Below are positions 39,461-50,832 of a DNA stretch of 64,000 bases, one piece after another. Numbering within the stretch: position 1 is the stretch's first letter; every line of letters begins with the position of its first letter. The stretch comes from an uncultured Chlamydiales bacterium (lineage in GTDB: Bacteria > Chlamydiota > Chlamydiia > Chlamydiales > JAAKFR01), in contig CAVVHU010000011.1 of the NCBI GenBank assembly GCA_963748195.1, positions 28,923-92,922 on the forward strand, given 5' to 3'. Made by a program: the position numbers and the translations under genes. Below the pieces are notes generated by a model. That model did no database searches and was not told the DNA's origin. It worked only from the letters and a program-made list of their open reading frames with translations.

Positions 39461-39847
39461 ATGCACACTATTGTTTTATTTGGAGAAGCTCAAAAGGGAG
39501 CATTTCAAACAGCTTATTATTGTAAAAGCTTGGAGCAACTTTCAGATTTTTTGGGAGAGCCTCCTTCTAATGATAGTTTAGGGTTGCAGTTTGCGATTCA
39601 AGCTCTGCTATACAATCGTGGTGTCGTCTTTTTTCGGGTGAAGGAAGAGGGGTTTAGCACAAACGACTATCTTTTTGGGTTAAATTTCTTAAATGACAAA
39701 GAACTTTTCCCAAAAATTTCAGCACTCTGCCTACCGGGTGTGGGGGATTATGAGATTGTAGAAGCAAGCACTTCGGTTTGCAAGGAGCACAGGAGTTTAT
39801 TGATCGTTACTGAACGCGACCTCTATGACTATCTTATGCACCGTTAA
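39461..39847 (+). CDS. Small hypothetical protein (possible tail-sheath-core-like motifs)
   Basis: 128-aa ORF after a GAGGT RBS; see findings. Confidence 0.75.
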   Translation: MHTIVLFGEAQKGAFQTAYYCKSLEQLSDFLGEPPSNDSLGLQFAIQALLYNRGVVFFRVKEEGFSTNDYLFGLNFLNDKELFPKISALCLPGVGDYEIVEASTSVCKEHRSLLIVTERDLYDYLMHR

Positions 39848-39970
39848 AAGGCTGCGCAGTTTTTTGACTCAAAATGGCTGCATCCGTCTTATCATCTGAA
39901 TGCTGATTTGGACAAAAACTTCTTTTTTCTATAAAATCTATAATAAATTTAATAATCTAACGCCACTGAA

Positions 39971-42091
39971 ATGAGAAATATACTTTTGATCTTAATATTA
40001 TCGTTAGGGATAGGTTCGCTCAATGCTGCCATTACGAATTTAAAATACTATCCTGAGATTCGTCAATGCGATCAAATCGACCTTTACCATGGTCACGAAG
40101 TAAAAGATCCATATAGAGAGCTAGAAAATTGTGATTCACCTATTACGAAACAATGGATTCAAGATCAAATCGCGCTCACAGAATCTTATTTATCTCAAAT
40201 TCCAGCAAGAGAGGCTGTCATAAATCGCCTCACACAATTACAAGATTTTGAGAGATACGGATTACCCTCACTTCACGGAGAACGCTATTTCTTTCAGAAA
40301 AACGATGGTTTACAAAATCAAAGCGTCCTCTATGCAGCTAAAACTCTAGATGGAAAACCTAAAACCGTTCTCGATCCAAATGCACTGTCTCAAGATGGAT
40401 CCAACTCCGTCAGTAATATTGCGATTACCGATGACGGAAGGTTAGCAGCCTATTCTATCTCAACTGGCGGTTCCGACTGGAAAACGATAAAAGTCAGGAA
40501 TGTTGAGAGTGGCCGTGATTTAAATGATACGATTGAATGGGTAAAATTTTCTAATATCTCATGGGACAAAAGCGGGAAAGGCTTTTACTATAGCCGCTAT
40601 CCCCAACCTAAAGATGGAGAGGAACTTCATGGTGCGAATCACTTTCATAAGCTTTACTATCATCTCCTTGGAACAAAACAGTCAGAAGATAGACTAATTT
40701 ATGAAAACCAAGAACATAGCGATTGGATTTTAAATGGAGAAGTGACAGAAGATGGAAAATATCTTTTGATTCATGTCAGTGAAGGATGCCGACAAGAGAA
40801 TGCAGTTTTTTACCTAGACCTAGTTTCTCGTCAACCAAATGTTGAAGAGCTTCTAAAAGATTTTGACGCTGCCTACACTTTTGTTGGAAATAAGGGAAAA
40901 AAATTCTGGCTTCAAACCACATACAACGCCCCAAATGGTCAATTGATTTCAATCGATATTGAAAATCCAGGAAAAGAAAATTGGCAAGTAGTTATCCCTG
41001 AGTCTACAGATAGTTTAAAAAATACCAGTTTCGTCGGACATCGATTTTTTGCTAATTATTTACACGATGCACATACGCAAATTAAAATGTTCGATCCAGA
41101 AGGGAGCTTTCTCGGTGATATTGAACTGCCGGGGATTGGAATGGCTGTGGGATTTAGTGGAAAAAAAGACCACTCAGAAACATTCTTTGTTTATACCAGT
41201 TTTACAACCCCAGCAACAGTTTATCGCTATGACATCAAATCTGATCATTCCAAGGTCTTATATAAACCAAAGTTGAAGTTCGATCCGAATGATTTTACGA
41301 CAGAGCAAGTGTTTTATACGAGTAAAGATGGGACAAAGGTTCCTATGTTTATATCATATAAAAAAGGCATCAAATTCGATGGGAATAACCCTACTCTATT
41401 GTATGGATATGGCGGCTTTGGTTTGTCTGTCGAACCTCATTTTTCATTACTATCTATCGGATGGATGGAAAATGGTGGCGTATTTTGCGTTGCAAATATT
41501 CGCGGAGGAGCAGAGTACGGTGAGACGTGGCATGAACAAGGCATGAAATCAAATAAACAGAACGTATTCGATGATTTTATTTCAGCAGGAGAATACCTTA
41601 TACAGGAAAAATACACATGTTCTTCTAAATTAGCGATTAAAGGCACTTCTAATGGTGGATTGCTCATTGGAGCAGTCATCAATCAGCGGCCTGAATTGTT
41701 TGGTGCAGCGATCGCAGATGTTGGTGTGATGGATATGCTCCGTTTTAATCAATTTACTATTGGTAAAGCTTGGGAAAGCGAATTTGGATCGCCACAAAAT
41801 CCAGAGGAATTTCAGGCATTACACGCTTATTCACCCTACCATAACGTTAATCGAGAGCAAAATTATCCCTCTATACTCGTCACAACATCCGATAGAGATG
41901 ATAGAGTTGTTCCCTTGCATAGCTTTAAATATATAGCCGCGCTACAGAATATAAATAATGAAATTGCAGAGCATCCTTTTCTGATACGTATTGCCACAAA
42001 CACTGGTCATGGTGCCGGTAGATCGACCGCGCAGCGTGTATCAGAAACCGCAGATAATATTGCTTTTCTATTGCACGAGCTGCAGAAATAA
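39971..42091 (+). CDS. Secreted prolyl oligopeptidase (S9A)
   Basis: Signal peptide; catalytic triad motifs GTSNGG, DRDDRV and GHGAG. Confidence 0.95.
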   Translation: MRNILLILILSLGIGSLNAAITNLKYYPEIRQCDQIDLYHGHEVKDPYRELENCDSPITKQWIQDQIALTESYLSQIPAREAVINRLTQLQDFERYGLPSLHGERYFFQKNDGLQNQSVLYAAKTLDGKPKTVLDPNALSQDGSNSVSNIAITDDGRLAAYSISTGGSDWKTIKVRNVESGRDLNDTIEWVKFSNISWDKSGKGFYYSRYPQPKDGEELHGANHFHKLYYHLLGTKQSEDRLIYENQEHSDWILNGEVTEDGKYLLIHVSEGCRQENAVFYLDLVSRQPNVEELLKDFDAAYTFVGNKGKKFWLQTTYNAPNGQLISIDIENPGKENWQVVIPESTDSLKNTSFVGHRFFANYLHDAHTQIKMFDPEGSFLGDIELPGIGMAVGFSGKKDHSETFFVYTSFTTPATVYRYDIKSDHSKVLYKPKLKFDPNDFTTEQVFYTSKDGTKVPMFISYKKGIKFDGNNPTLLYGYGGFGLSVEPHFSLLSIGWMENGGVFCVANIRGGAEYGETWHEQGMKSNKQNVFDDFISAGEYLIQEKYTCSSKLAIKGTSNGGLLIGAVINQRPELFGAAIADVGVMDMLRFNQFTIGKAWESEFGSPQNPEEFQALHAYSPYHNVNREQNYPSILVTTSDRDDRVVPLHSFKYIAALQNINNEIAEHPFLIRIATNTGHGAGRSTAQRVSETADNIAFLLHELQK

Positions 42092-42113
42092 ATAAATTCA
42101 AGTGCGAGTGGGA

Positions 42114-43139
42114 TCACAAGTTAATTGATGGTGTATGATGCTTTTCTATGTGAGCAGGGAAAGGCTCTTCCATTGAAATGGGTTGTTCAGAACGAGGATC
42201 AAGCATATAGGTGATTTGATCATCTTCTAATGTGACTTCGCTGAGATCATTTGGCCTGGTACGAGTGAACCAAATACTCAGTTTAAGACGGTTGGATTGA
42301 AAAGGTGCGTCGTCGAGATATTCCTTTAGTTTACCATTGATATCATCAAGAAGGGTGTTTGCAAGAGATAGAAGTAATTGTCTGGCTTTCTGCTGAGACA
42401 TCTTTGAGCGGCAGACAAACTTAGCTCCAATTGAGTCTGAAAGACTTCCTCCAATGTGCCAACATTCGATTTTGTGCTGGTTTACCATCTTTTGTGAAAA
42501 GGCGTATAGAGTGGCATCCATATCTTGTTCTAGAGAAGTGACATGATGATCCATCTCAAGATGCTCCTTAGCAAGTTTCACTGCCTCTTCATACGTTTCT
42601 TCATGAAGATCAAAATGCTTTGCTTTATAGGGATCAAACGAGTTGTAGAAAATTTTATTGCGATTTTCGACGACGCCTGCTAAATCTGTCACATTAAAAA
42701 CCCATCCTACACCATCTGCATACTCTCCATTGGGACCTTCAAAAGAAATCCCAATCTTAACTCTCTTATAAGTAAATGGGCGCACATCAAGATAGGATTT
42801 GAGTTGAGGATGCTGATTGATTGCGTCGACAAATTTGTTCATCACCGTAATTTGAAGAGCTCGAGCCTCAGCAATAGTAGCGCGGTGATAGGCTTTAAAC
42901 TTCAACCCAACTTCCTCAACAGTTTCATGAAGTTTGCCACGATCCCCTATGCAGATAAGCTGATGCTCCTCAAACATTTGACACATAAATTTTTCTCTCA
43001 CTTCATTGAGATAGGGGAAATACTCAGGTTGATGTATTTCAGATGTGATCGGATATTCGCTTCGCCATTTGAAAAAATTTACACCACCGAATACAACCGC
43101 AGCAATTAGAGCGGTACTAAAGAGAATTTTTTGGCGCAT
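42114..43139 (-). CDS. Membrane-anchored protein with two tandem copies of one domain
   Basis: N-terminal signal anchor; ATIAEARAL..FVDAIN..YLDVRPF..KIGISF recurs as MSQQKARQL..LLDDIN..YLDDAPF..KLSIWF. Confidence 0.75.
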   Translation of the reverse strand: MRQKILFSTALIAAVVFGGVNFFKWRSEYPITSEIHQPEYFPYLNEVREKFMCQMFEEHQLICIGDRGKLHETVEEVGLKFKAYHRATIAEARALQITVMNKFVDAINQHPQLKSYLDVRPFTYKRVKIGISFEGPNGEYADGVGWVFNVTDLAGVVENRNKIFYNSFDPYKAKHFDLHEETYEEAVKLAKEHLEMDHHVTSLEQDMDATLYAFSQKMVNQHKIECWHIGGSLSDSIGAKFVCRSKMSQQKARQLLLSLANTLLDDINGKLKEYLDDAPFQSNRLKLSIWFTRTRPNDLSEVTLEDDQITYMLDPRSEQPISMEEPFPAHIEKHHTPSINL

Positions 43140-44424
43140 ATACTTTATATTCTTTCTTAAATTCATAGATATTGCTTTCTAAGACCGCCCGATACGTATC
43201 CTGCATGAATCCATGATCATCGATTTCAAATGCCGTCTTATTTACTTTCTCAATGAGCGCATAGGATAAATGGGTCGATCCATCATTTAGCTCTTCCATG
43301 CGGGCGATGCTTTCAAGCCAAGTCAGATTGAGACGCTCTTCTAGGGTCAATATTTCAGGCTTTTCGAAGCGAAGTAGCTGTTTTTCGGGCGTCTTACTGT
43401 TAACAATTGTAATCGAGTAGGATTTCCCTTCATGAGAATGGCTGAAAGTTCCCTCAGCCACTCCCTTTAGATGCTTGGGAAGATAATTTTTACCAAAGAA
43501 AAGAGCGATATCCCGATTGGAGTAAGTGTTAATCGCATCCAGCACATAATCCGAAGAGAGCGGCTTGACCGCACCATATGTTGCTGCGACAAAATTCTTC
43601 TTAATGAATTTTTTTGTCTCATTATGCTGTCTTTGCTCATGAATAAACTTCATTACTGCATTGAGAATGAGTCCTCCTTCACTGTGGGCAAAATGTGTCC
43701 AAATTATATTGGGGTTGATCTCTGAAATTCGGTCTGCAAAAACCTTTATCATTAGAAGCAGACTATAAACAGCATTGGCGTTTAGGGATGGTTCATTGCG
43801 GAATCGATACATATCCAATGGAAGAATATGAGTGGTCGGATTATGCAGTCCGATGCAAAGAGGTCCTTCAGGAAATTGGTTAACAATACCTTGACTCATC
43901 TCATAGAAATCTTCTTTGAAGTTATTCATGATCCCATTTTGAAATGTGACAAGCCCGATCGGTCTCTTTGTGTGAGTGTTCTGTAGCTTAGGTAAAAGGA
44001 CATTCAAATGATCGAGAATGTTTATTTTTCCTTCCTGCAACTTTCCTAGCCTACTCCATTGTCCAAAAGATACATAGCAGTCGACCGTCATCCGTTGAAA
44101 GGTATCAAGATGTCTAAAGTGTACCTTGCCTGGGATAAGTTTGGGGGTTGAGGAAGACTGAGCGAGGCTAATCTCTTTACCCTCTACTTCGATTTTGATT
44201 TCATAATGCTTAGCTCGATTGCATAATTGCTGAACATTTTGAATCAGTTTTTGTATTGTTTGGTCAAAATTTCCTTTCTTTTGATAAAACGCTGTAAAAA
44301 GTTGCTTAGTCGCATCTTGAGATAGTGGAAGCAGCTTTTTTGCTTCACTCGCTGTATGCTGCAAAGCAAGCTTCTTTAAGCCGCGGATCAGCTCTTCAAA
44401 ATAAGGAGAAATAGAGGGGATCAT
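43117..44424 (-). CDS. Alpha/beta-hydrolase-like protein (DUF687-like, lipase-type elbow)
   Basis: FQNGIMN, HFAHSEGG nucleophile elbow, ATYGA and a C-terminal DDHGF. Confidence 0.65.
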   Translation of the reverse strand: MIPSISPYFEELIRGLKKLALQHTASEAKKLLPLSQDATKQLFTAFYQKKGNFDQTIQKLIQNVQQLCNRAKHYEIKIEVEGKEISLAQSSSTPKLIPGKVHFRHLDTFQRMTVDCYVSFGQWSRLGKLQEGKINILDHLNVLLPKLQNTHTKRPIGLVTFQNGIMNNFKEDFYEMSQGIVNQFPEGPLCIGLHNPTTHILPLDMYRFRNEPSLNANAVYSLLLMIKVFADRISEINPNIIWTHFAHSEGGLILNAVMKFIHEQRQHNETKKFIKKNFVAATYGAVKPLSSDYVLDAINTYSNRDIALFFGKNYLPKHLKGVAEGTFSHSHEGKSYSITIVNSKTPEKQLLRFEKPEILTLEERLNLTWLESIARMEELNDGSTHLSYALIEKVNKTAFEIDDHGFMQDTYRAVLESNIYEFKKEYKVYAPKNSL

Positions 44425-44625
44425 AACTCATTCCTTGATGAATGATATTTGTGACGTAAGTCATCATGGCGGTGCAAGGATTATTATTCAAGAAAGGGAA
44501 TTGTAAAACCGGTTTACACTGTCTGCCACCGGTTAGAAATCCAAAAAAAAATGGTTTATAAAAAATTAGGGCTGAGGGACAAAATCATCCAAAAGATGGT
44601 TTAAAACTTCAGTTTTTCAACATTC

Positions 44626-45210
44626 TCAAGAAGCGAAGTAATTGACAAGGCCTTCAGGTGTAGCAGCCATCGACTTCTTCCCTTGCTGCCAGTTTGCCGG
44701 GCAAACCTCGCCGTTTTTCTCAAAGTAGATCAGGGCATCGATCATGCGAAGCGCCTCATCAACTGAACGGCCAAGGGGAAGGTCATTTACGATCTGATGG
44801 CGCACAACACCCTCTTTATCGATCAAGAAAAGACCACGATAGGCTATCCCCTCATCTTCTTTAAGCACATCATAGTCACGGCAAACCCGCTTGTTGATAT
44901 CTGAAAGAATAGGGTAACGCACTCCTTCAATGCCTCCCTTGCTGCGCGGTGTATTGAGCCACGCTGTATGGGAATAACAACTATCCACAGAACACCCCAC
45001 AACTTGTGTGTCGCGGCTTTCAAATTCCGCTAAGCGCTCCTGAAAAGCATGCAGCTCTGTAGGACAGACAAAGGTAAAATCGAGCGGGTAAAAGAAAAGG
45101 AGGACATATTTTCCCTTTAAAGAAGAGAGGGAGTAGTGGTTTTCAATTTTTCCATTAACAACAGCATTTAATTGAAAATCGGGTGCTTTTTTGCCGACTA
45201 ATACGCCCAT
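44626..45210 (-). CDS. ahpC: 2-Cys peroxiredoxin
   Basis: FYPLDFTFVCPTE and GEVCPANW; strong AAGGAGG RBS. Confidence 0.97.
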   Translation of the reverse strand: MGVLVGKKAPDFQLNAVVNGKIENHYSLSSLKGKYVLLFFYPLDFTFVCPTELHAFQERLAEFESRDTQVVGCSVDSCYSHTAWLNTPRSKGGIEGVRYPILSDINKRVCRDYDVLKEDEGIAYRGLFLIDKEGVVRHQIVNDLPLGRSVDEALRMIDALIYFEKNGEVCPANWQQGKKSMAATPEGLVNYFAS

Positions 45211-45231
45211 ATGAAACCTCCTTAATTAAAT

Positions 45232-45305
45232 CGCACTGGAGAGGATTCGAACCTCTGACCGCCCGGTTCGTAGCCGGGTACTCTATCCAGCTGAGCTACC
45301 AGTGC
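45232..45305 (-). tRNA. tRNA-Arg(ACG)
   Basis: Minus strand GCACTGG...CCAGTGC acceptor, anticodon arm CCCGG-CTACGAA-CCGGG, T-loop GGTTCGAATCC. Confidence 0.97.
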
Positions 45306-45317
45306 TGAAACGAAGCA

Positions 45318-45346
45318 AGTATAGCCAATTTTCTCTAAGAATTCAA
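45318..45346 (-). promoter_or_regulatory. Sigma-66-type promoter of tRNA-Arg
   Basis: Minus strand TTGAAT-17 bp-TATACT, 12 bp upstream of the tRNA. Confidence 0.7.
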
Positions 45347-45404
45347 GTCTGATGTCCAGTAAAAAAGTTTTTTTTGTTAGAAATAAGAGATTAGGAGTTT
45401 TTTT

Positions 45405-46793
45405 ATGAACATCGTGATCATCGGCGCAGGGGATATCGGACTTCACTTGGCAGCAATTTTTTCTCAAGTCAACTACGGGATTGTGCTTATCGATAACAAT
45501 CCCCAAATTCTTGAACAAGCGGCGCGCGAACTCGACGTTGCTACCAGAATCGGGTCGGGAACGGATTGGGAGCTTCTAGAAGACCTGATGGAATTCAATC
45601 CAGATCTTCTCATCGCCCTGACAAACGACGATGAAAAAAACCTCGCTACCTGCACTATTGCCAAAAATCTTGGCTATCCTCAGACAATCGCACGCGTTCG
45701 AAGCAATAAATATTTTAAACAAAGTCGTTTAAGTTTTGAAAAACTCTTTGCCGTAGACTTTCTGATCGGGCCTGAAAAACTCACAGCTGATGCGATTGCG
45801 AATATGATCCTGATTCCTGGATCGATCGAAACAGAGAGTTTTGCCCATGGCAACATTTGCATGCAAACAGTCAAAATCCCCTCCACTTGGAGGCGCAACG
45901 AAATACCCCTAGCGCGACGGGCAGAGCTAGAGATGCCGCCCAATATAATGGTTGGTCTTATAAAAAGAGAAATTACACATCCCGTGAAAGGAAAAAGCCC
46001 TTCTCATTCGGGTGAACAAATCATCTTTCCACACGGAAACACAACGCTTCAAGAAGGCGACGAAGTGACCTTTATCGGTGAAAGCGAGTCGATAGAGCAG
46101 CTTCATAAGTTTTTCGGAACCCATCCTAAAATGCCAAAATCGGTAGTCATCATCGGAGGTTCTTTAATTGGGCTCCATTTAGCCCGCACATTGATAGGAC
46201 ATAACATTCGCGTACGAATTATCGATAACGACTTCCAAAAGTGCCGCTTTCTCTCAGAACAACTACCCAAAGCCACTGTTATCTACCGAAGTGGGACCGA
46301 TTACCGTTTTCTCCAAACTGAGAAAGTTGAAGAAGCTGACTGTTTTGTTGCGTGCACACGAAGTGATGAAGTGAATTTTTTAGCGGGAACCATCGCATGT
46401 GATTTGGGATGCGAAAAAGTGATTATTTCCCTCTCCGACACTAATTATATCCCAATTGTCAACCGTTTGGGCATTACTCAAGTCGCTTCACCTCGTATCA
46501 ACGCTGCCAATCGCATTCTTTCCATTGCTCGAGAAAAGAAAATCGCCTCTATGGTTTCCATGTATGACAACCAAGCAGAGGTTATGGAAGTGCGAGTCTC
46601 ATCGGATTCAAAAATTGCCGGCATTCCTATACGAGAGCTTGGCCCTGAGCTTCCGATGGATTTTTTAATCGTCATGATTCAGAGTCGGGGACGGGTATTT
46701 ATTGCCGATACTACGCGCGTTCTTTCGCCGGGAGATACAGCTCTTGTTATTAGCAACCCAAAACACATAACGGAAATTAAGAAACTCTTTTAA
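45405..46793 (+). CDS. trkA: Trk potassium uptake, NAD-binding regulatory subunit
   Basis: Two RCK/KTN domains (IIGAGDIG; IIGGSLIG). Confidence 0.95.
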   Translation: MNIVIIGAGDIGLHLAAIFSQVNYGIVLIDNNPQILEQAARELDVATRIGSGTDWELLEDLMEFNPDLLIALTNDDEKNLATCTIAKNLGYPQTIARVRSNKYFKQSRLSFEKLFAVDFLIGPEKLTADAIANMILIPGSIETESFAHGNICMQTVKIPSTWRRNEIPLARRAELEMPPNIMVGLIKREITHPVKGKSPSHSGEQIIFPHGNTTLQEGDEVTFIGESESIEQLHKFFGTHPKMPKSVVIIGGSLIGLHLARTLIGHNIRVRIIDNDFQKCRFLSEQLPKATVIYRSGTDYRFLQTEKVEEADCFVACTRSDEVNFLAGTIACDLGCEKVIISLSDTNYIPIVNRLGITQVASPRINAANRILSIAREKKIASMVSMYDNQAEVMEVRVSSDSKIAGIPIRELGPELPMDFLIVMIQSRGRVFIADTTRVLSPGDTALVISNPKHITEIKKLF

Positions 46794-48439
46794 TGTTATA
46801 TCGGGATATTTGTAAGACACTTTCCTTGTATCTGTGGATTTTGATGATCCCCCTTTCTATCCCCTTTTGCATCTCCGCCTACTGTGATTGGATTATCGGT
46901 CCGGAAGTCTACCCTCAACCTCCGGCTGCCTCCGCATTTTTGCTGACAATGCTAGTGACTTTTCTGCTGGGAGGCCTTCTGTGGTTGGCAGGGCGCGAGG
47001 CAACAGGCCATCTTTATCGACGTGAAGCGTTGCTCTTGGTGATAATCGTCTATTTGCTAACCCCCGCAATTGGCGCTCTTCCCTTCTTATTCAACGGAAC
47101 GCTTACAAACCCCTTTGACGCCTATTTTGAATCTGTATCTGGTCTCACAACAACCGGTGCGACCATTATGCAATCGAAAAATATCGACCCCCAAACCGGC
47201 GAAGAACTACCCATTGAAAAGAAGTTTGTCACTGGAGGGAAAGAAATCTATAAATACTATGGCACAATTACCCCTGTAGTCCTTCCTAAGACTCATGAAG
47301 TTTTAGTAGGACTAAGTGCTGTTAACTATGGTCTTTTATTTTGGCGCAGCTTTATGCAGTGGCTTGGAGGCGGCGGTATCATCGTCTTATTCGTCGCCAT
47401 TCTGCCAGCTTTGGGAGTAGGTGGAAAAATTCTTTTTCAAACCGAGGTGACAGGTCCCACAAAAGAGTCAATGATGCCCCGAATTAAAGAGACGGCGAGC
47501 CATTTGTGGAAAATTTATCTAGGGCTCACACTCTGCGAGATTGTTCTTTTGTATGTCACAAATAAAGCCGTCTCGTTTTTTGATGCAATAACAATCTCAT
47601 TTTCAACACTTTCAACAGGAGGATTCACCATACACAATGATGGAATTGGCGCCATCAACAATGCCTATACGGATTGGATCATCATCCTCTTCATGGTTCT
47701 GGGCAGCATCAGCTTCTCCCTCTATTTTTACTGTATGCGAGGCAAGTTCTATCGTCTCAATGACTCTGAACTAAAAGTGTTTTTACTGATTATTCTACTT
47801 TCTGTTTCTATCGCGACGTGGCAATTGATGGGAAAATCTGAAGATCTATTTTTCGGACCGAGTGGGAAATTTAACTTTTTTGAAGCTCTCAGATATGGTG
47901 CGTTTCAAGTGATCTCGGCACAAACATCAACCGGCTTTTCAACGGCAAATTTTGATCTGTGGCCCTATTCGATTCAAGTCTTGATGTTAGTGTTGTTTTA
48001 TGTAGGTGGAATGGCCGGTTCTACCGCAGGCGGGATAAAAGTCGTACGTCAACAAACGTTCTTTCGAATTATGCTCAATAAAATCGAATCGATTTACCGC
48101 CCTGACGCTGTCAGAACCTATCGAGTCGGCACATCTATAATCGATAACAGGACAGCGACGACAGTGTTATGCTTTTTTATGGTGGCCGCCTCACTGGCTA
48201 TCATTTCCACCTTTTTATTGGTATTAGATGGCATAGACCCTGAGACAAGTCTAACCTCCATTGCATGTATGCAAAATAACGTGGGTCTTGCCTTTAGAAT
48301 GGGCGGTCCGACCGAATCTTTTGCTTTTTTGACCAATTGGGGAAAGACGATTTGCTGCTTTATGATGATTGCAGGGCGTCTTGAGTATTTCGCCCTACTG
48401 ATTGCATTTGTCCCTGCATTCTGGAGAACAACCTACTGA
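46793..48439 (+). CDS. trkH: Trk potassium uptake, membrane subunit
   Basis: ESVSGLTTTG, QWLGGGG, STLSTGGF, QTSTGF, GGMAGSTAGG and GRLE motifs. Confidence 0.95.
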   Translation: MLYRDICKTLSLYLWILMIPLSIPFCISAYCDWIIGPEVYPQPPAASAFLLTMLVTFLLGGLLWLAGREATGHLYRREALLLVIIVYLLTPAIGALPFLFNGTLTNPFDAYFESVSGLTTTGATIMQSKNIDPQTGEELPIEKKFVTGGKEIYKYYGTITPVVLPKTHEVLVGLSAVNYGLLFWRSFMQWLGGGGIIVLFVAILPALGVGGKILFQTEVTGPTKESMMPRIKETASHLWKIYLGLTLCEIVLLYVTNKAVSFFDAITISFSTLSTGGFTIHNDGIGAINNAYTDWIIILFMVLGSISFSLYFYCMRGKFYRLNDSELKVFLLIILLSVSIATWQLMGKSEDLFFGPSGKFNFFEALRYGAFQVISAQTSTGFSTANFDLWPYSIQVLMLVLFYVGGMAGSTAGGIKVVRQQTFFRIMLNKIESIYRPDAVRTYRVGTSIIDNRTATTVLCFFMVAASLAIISTFLLVLDGIDPETSLTSIACMQNNVGLAFRMGGPTESFAFLTNWGKTICCFMMIAGRLEYFALLIAFVPAFWRTTY

Positions 48440-48625
48440 TGACTTATAGTCATTGATGTAAAATCCTTCTCCTACAAAACGGAAGGTGGCAGAACCGCCC
48501 CCAATCCCGCGCTTTAACGTCTCCTTATGACATTTAGGACACTCCACAAGAGGTGGATCGCTTATCTTTTGGGACGCTTCTAAAGTGTGATTGCACGCTT
48601 CGCATGTATAATCGTATGTAGGCAT
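48395..48625 (-). CDS. FmdB-family zinc-ribbon protein
   Basis: MPTYDYTCEAC...CPKC...GEGFYINDY. Confidence 0.88.
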   Translation of the reverse strand: MPTYDYTCEACNHTLEASQKISDPPLVECPKCHKETLKRGIGGGSATFRFVGEGFYINDYKSSVGCSPECRDKCNQ

Positions 48626-48648
48626 AAACTACTTCTCAGTTAAGTTAG

Positions 48649-48685
48649 AAAAGGGCCGGAAGAGGGTGAACTATCTCTTCCGGCC
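48649..48685 (-). terminator. Intrinsic terminator downstream of groEL
   Basis: 11-bp stem GGCCGGAAGAG/CTCTTCCGGCC followed by a U-rich run on the minus strand. Confidence 0.8.
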
Positions 48686-48707
48686 TGAAGGAAATATAGA
48701 GCCGGGC

Positions 48708-50709
<2,002 letters not shown>

Positions 50710-50750
50710 TTTGGATCTCCTCGATATATGTTAGTTCCGTTAGAGGCAGA

Positions 50751-50780
50751 ATTGTAAGGAATACAACCGTTTCATGTCAA
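50751..50780 (-). promoter_or_regulatory. Sigma-66-type promoter of groESL
   Basis: Minus strand TTGACA-18 bp-TACAAT. Confidence 0.7.
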
Positions 50781-50797
50781 GCTGGAAAGAGACTTTT

Positions 50798-50824
50798 TTA
50801 GCAGAACCACAACTCAAGTGCTAA
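50798..50824. promoter_or_regulatory. CIRCE-like HrcA operator
   Basis: TTAGCAGAA-N9-AAGTGCTAA versus consensus TTAGCACTC-N9-GAGTGCTAA, upstream of groES. Confidence 0.8.
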
Positions 50825-50832
50825 TAAAATCA

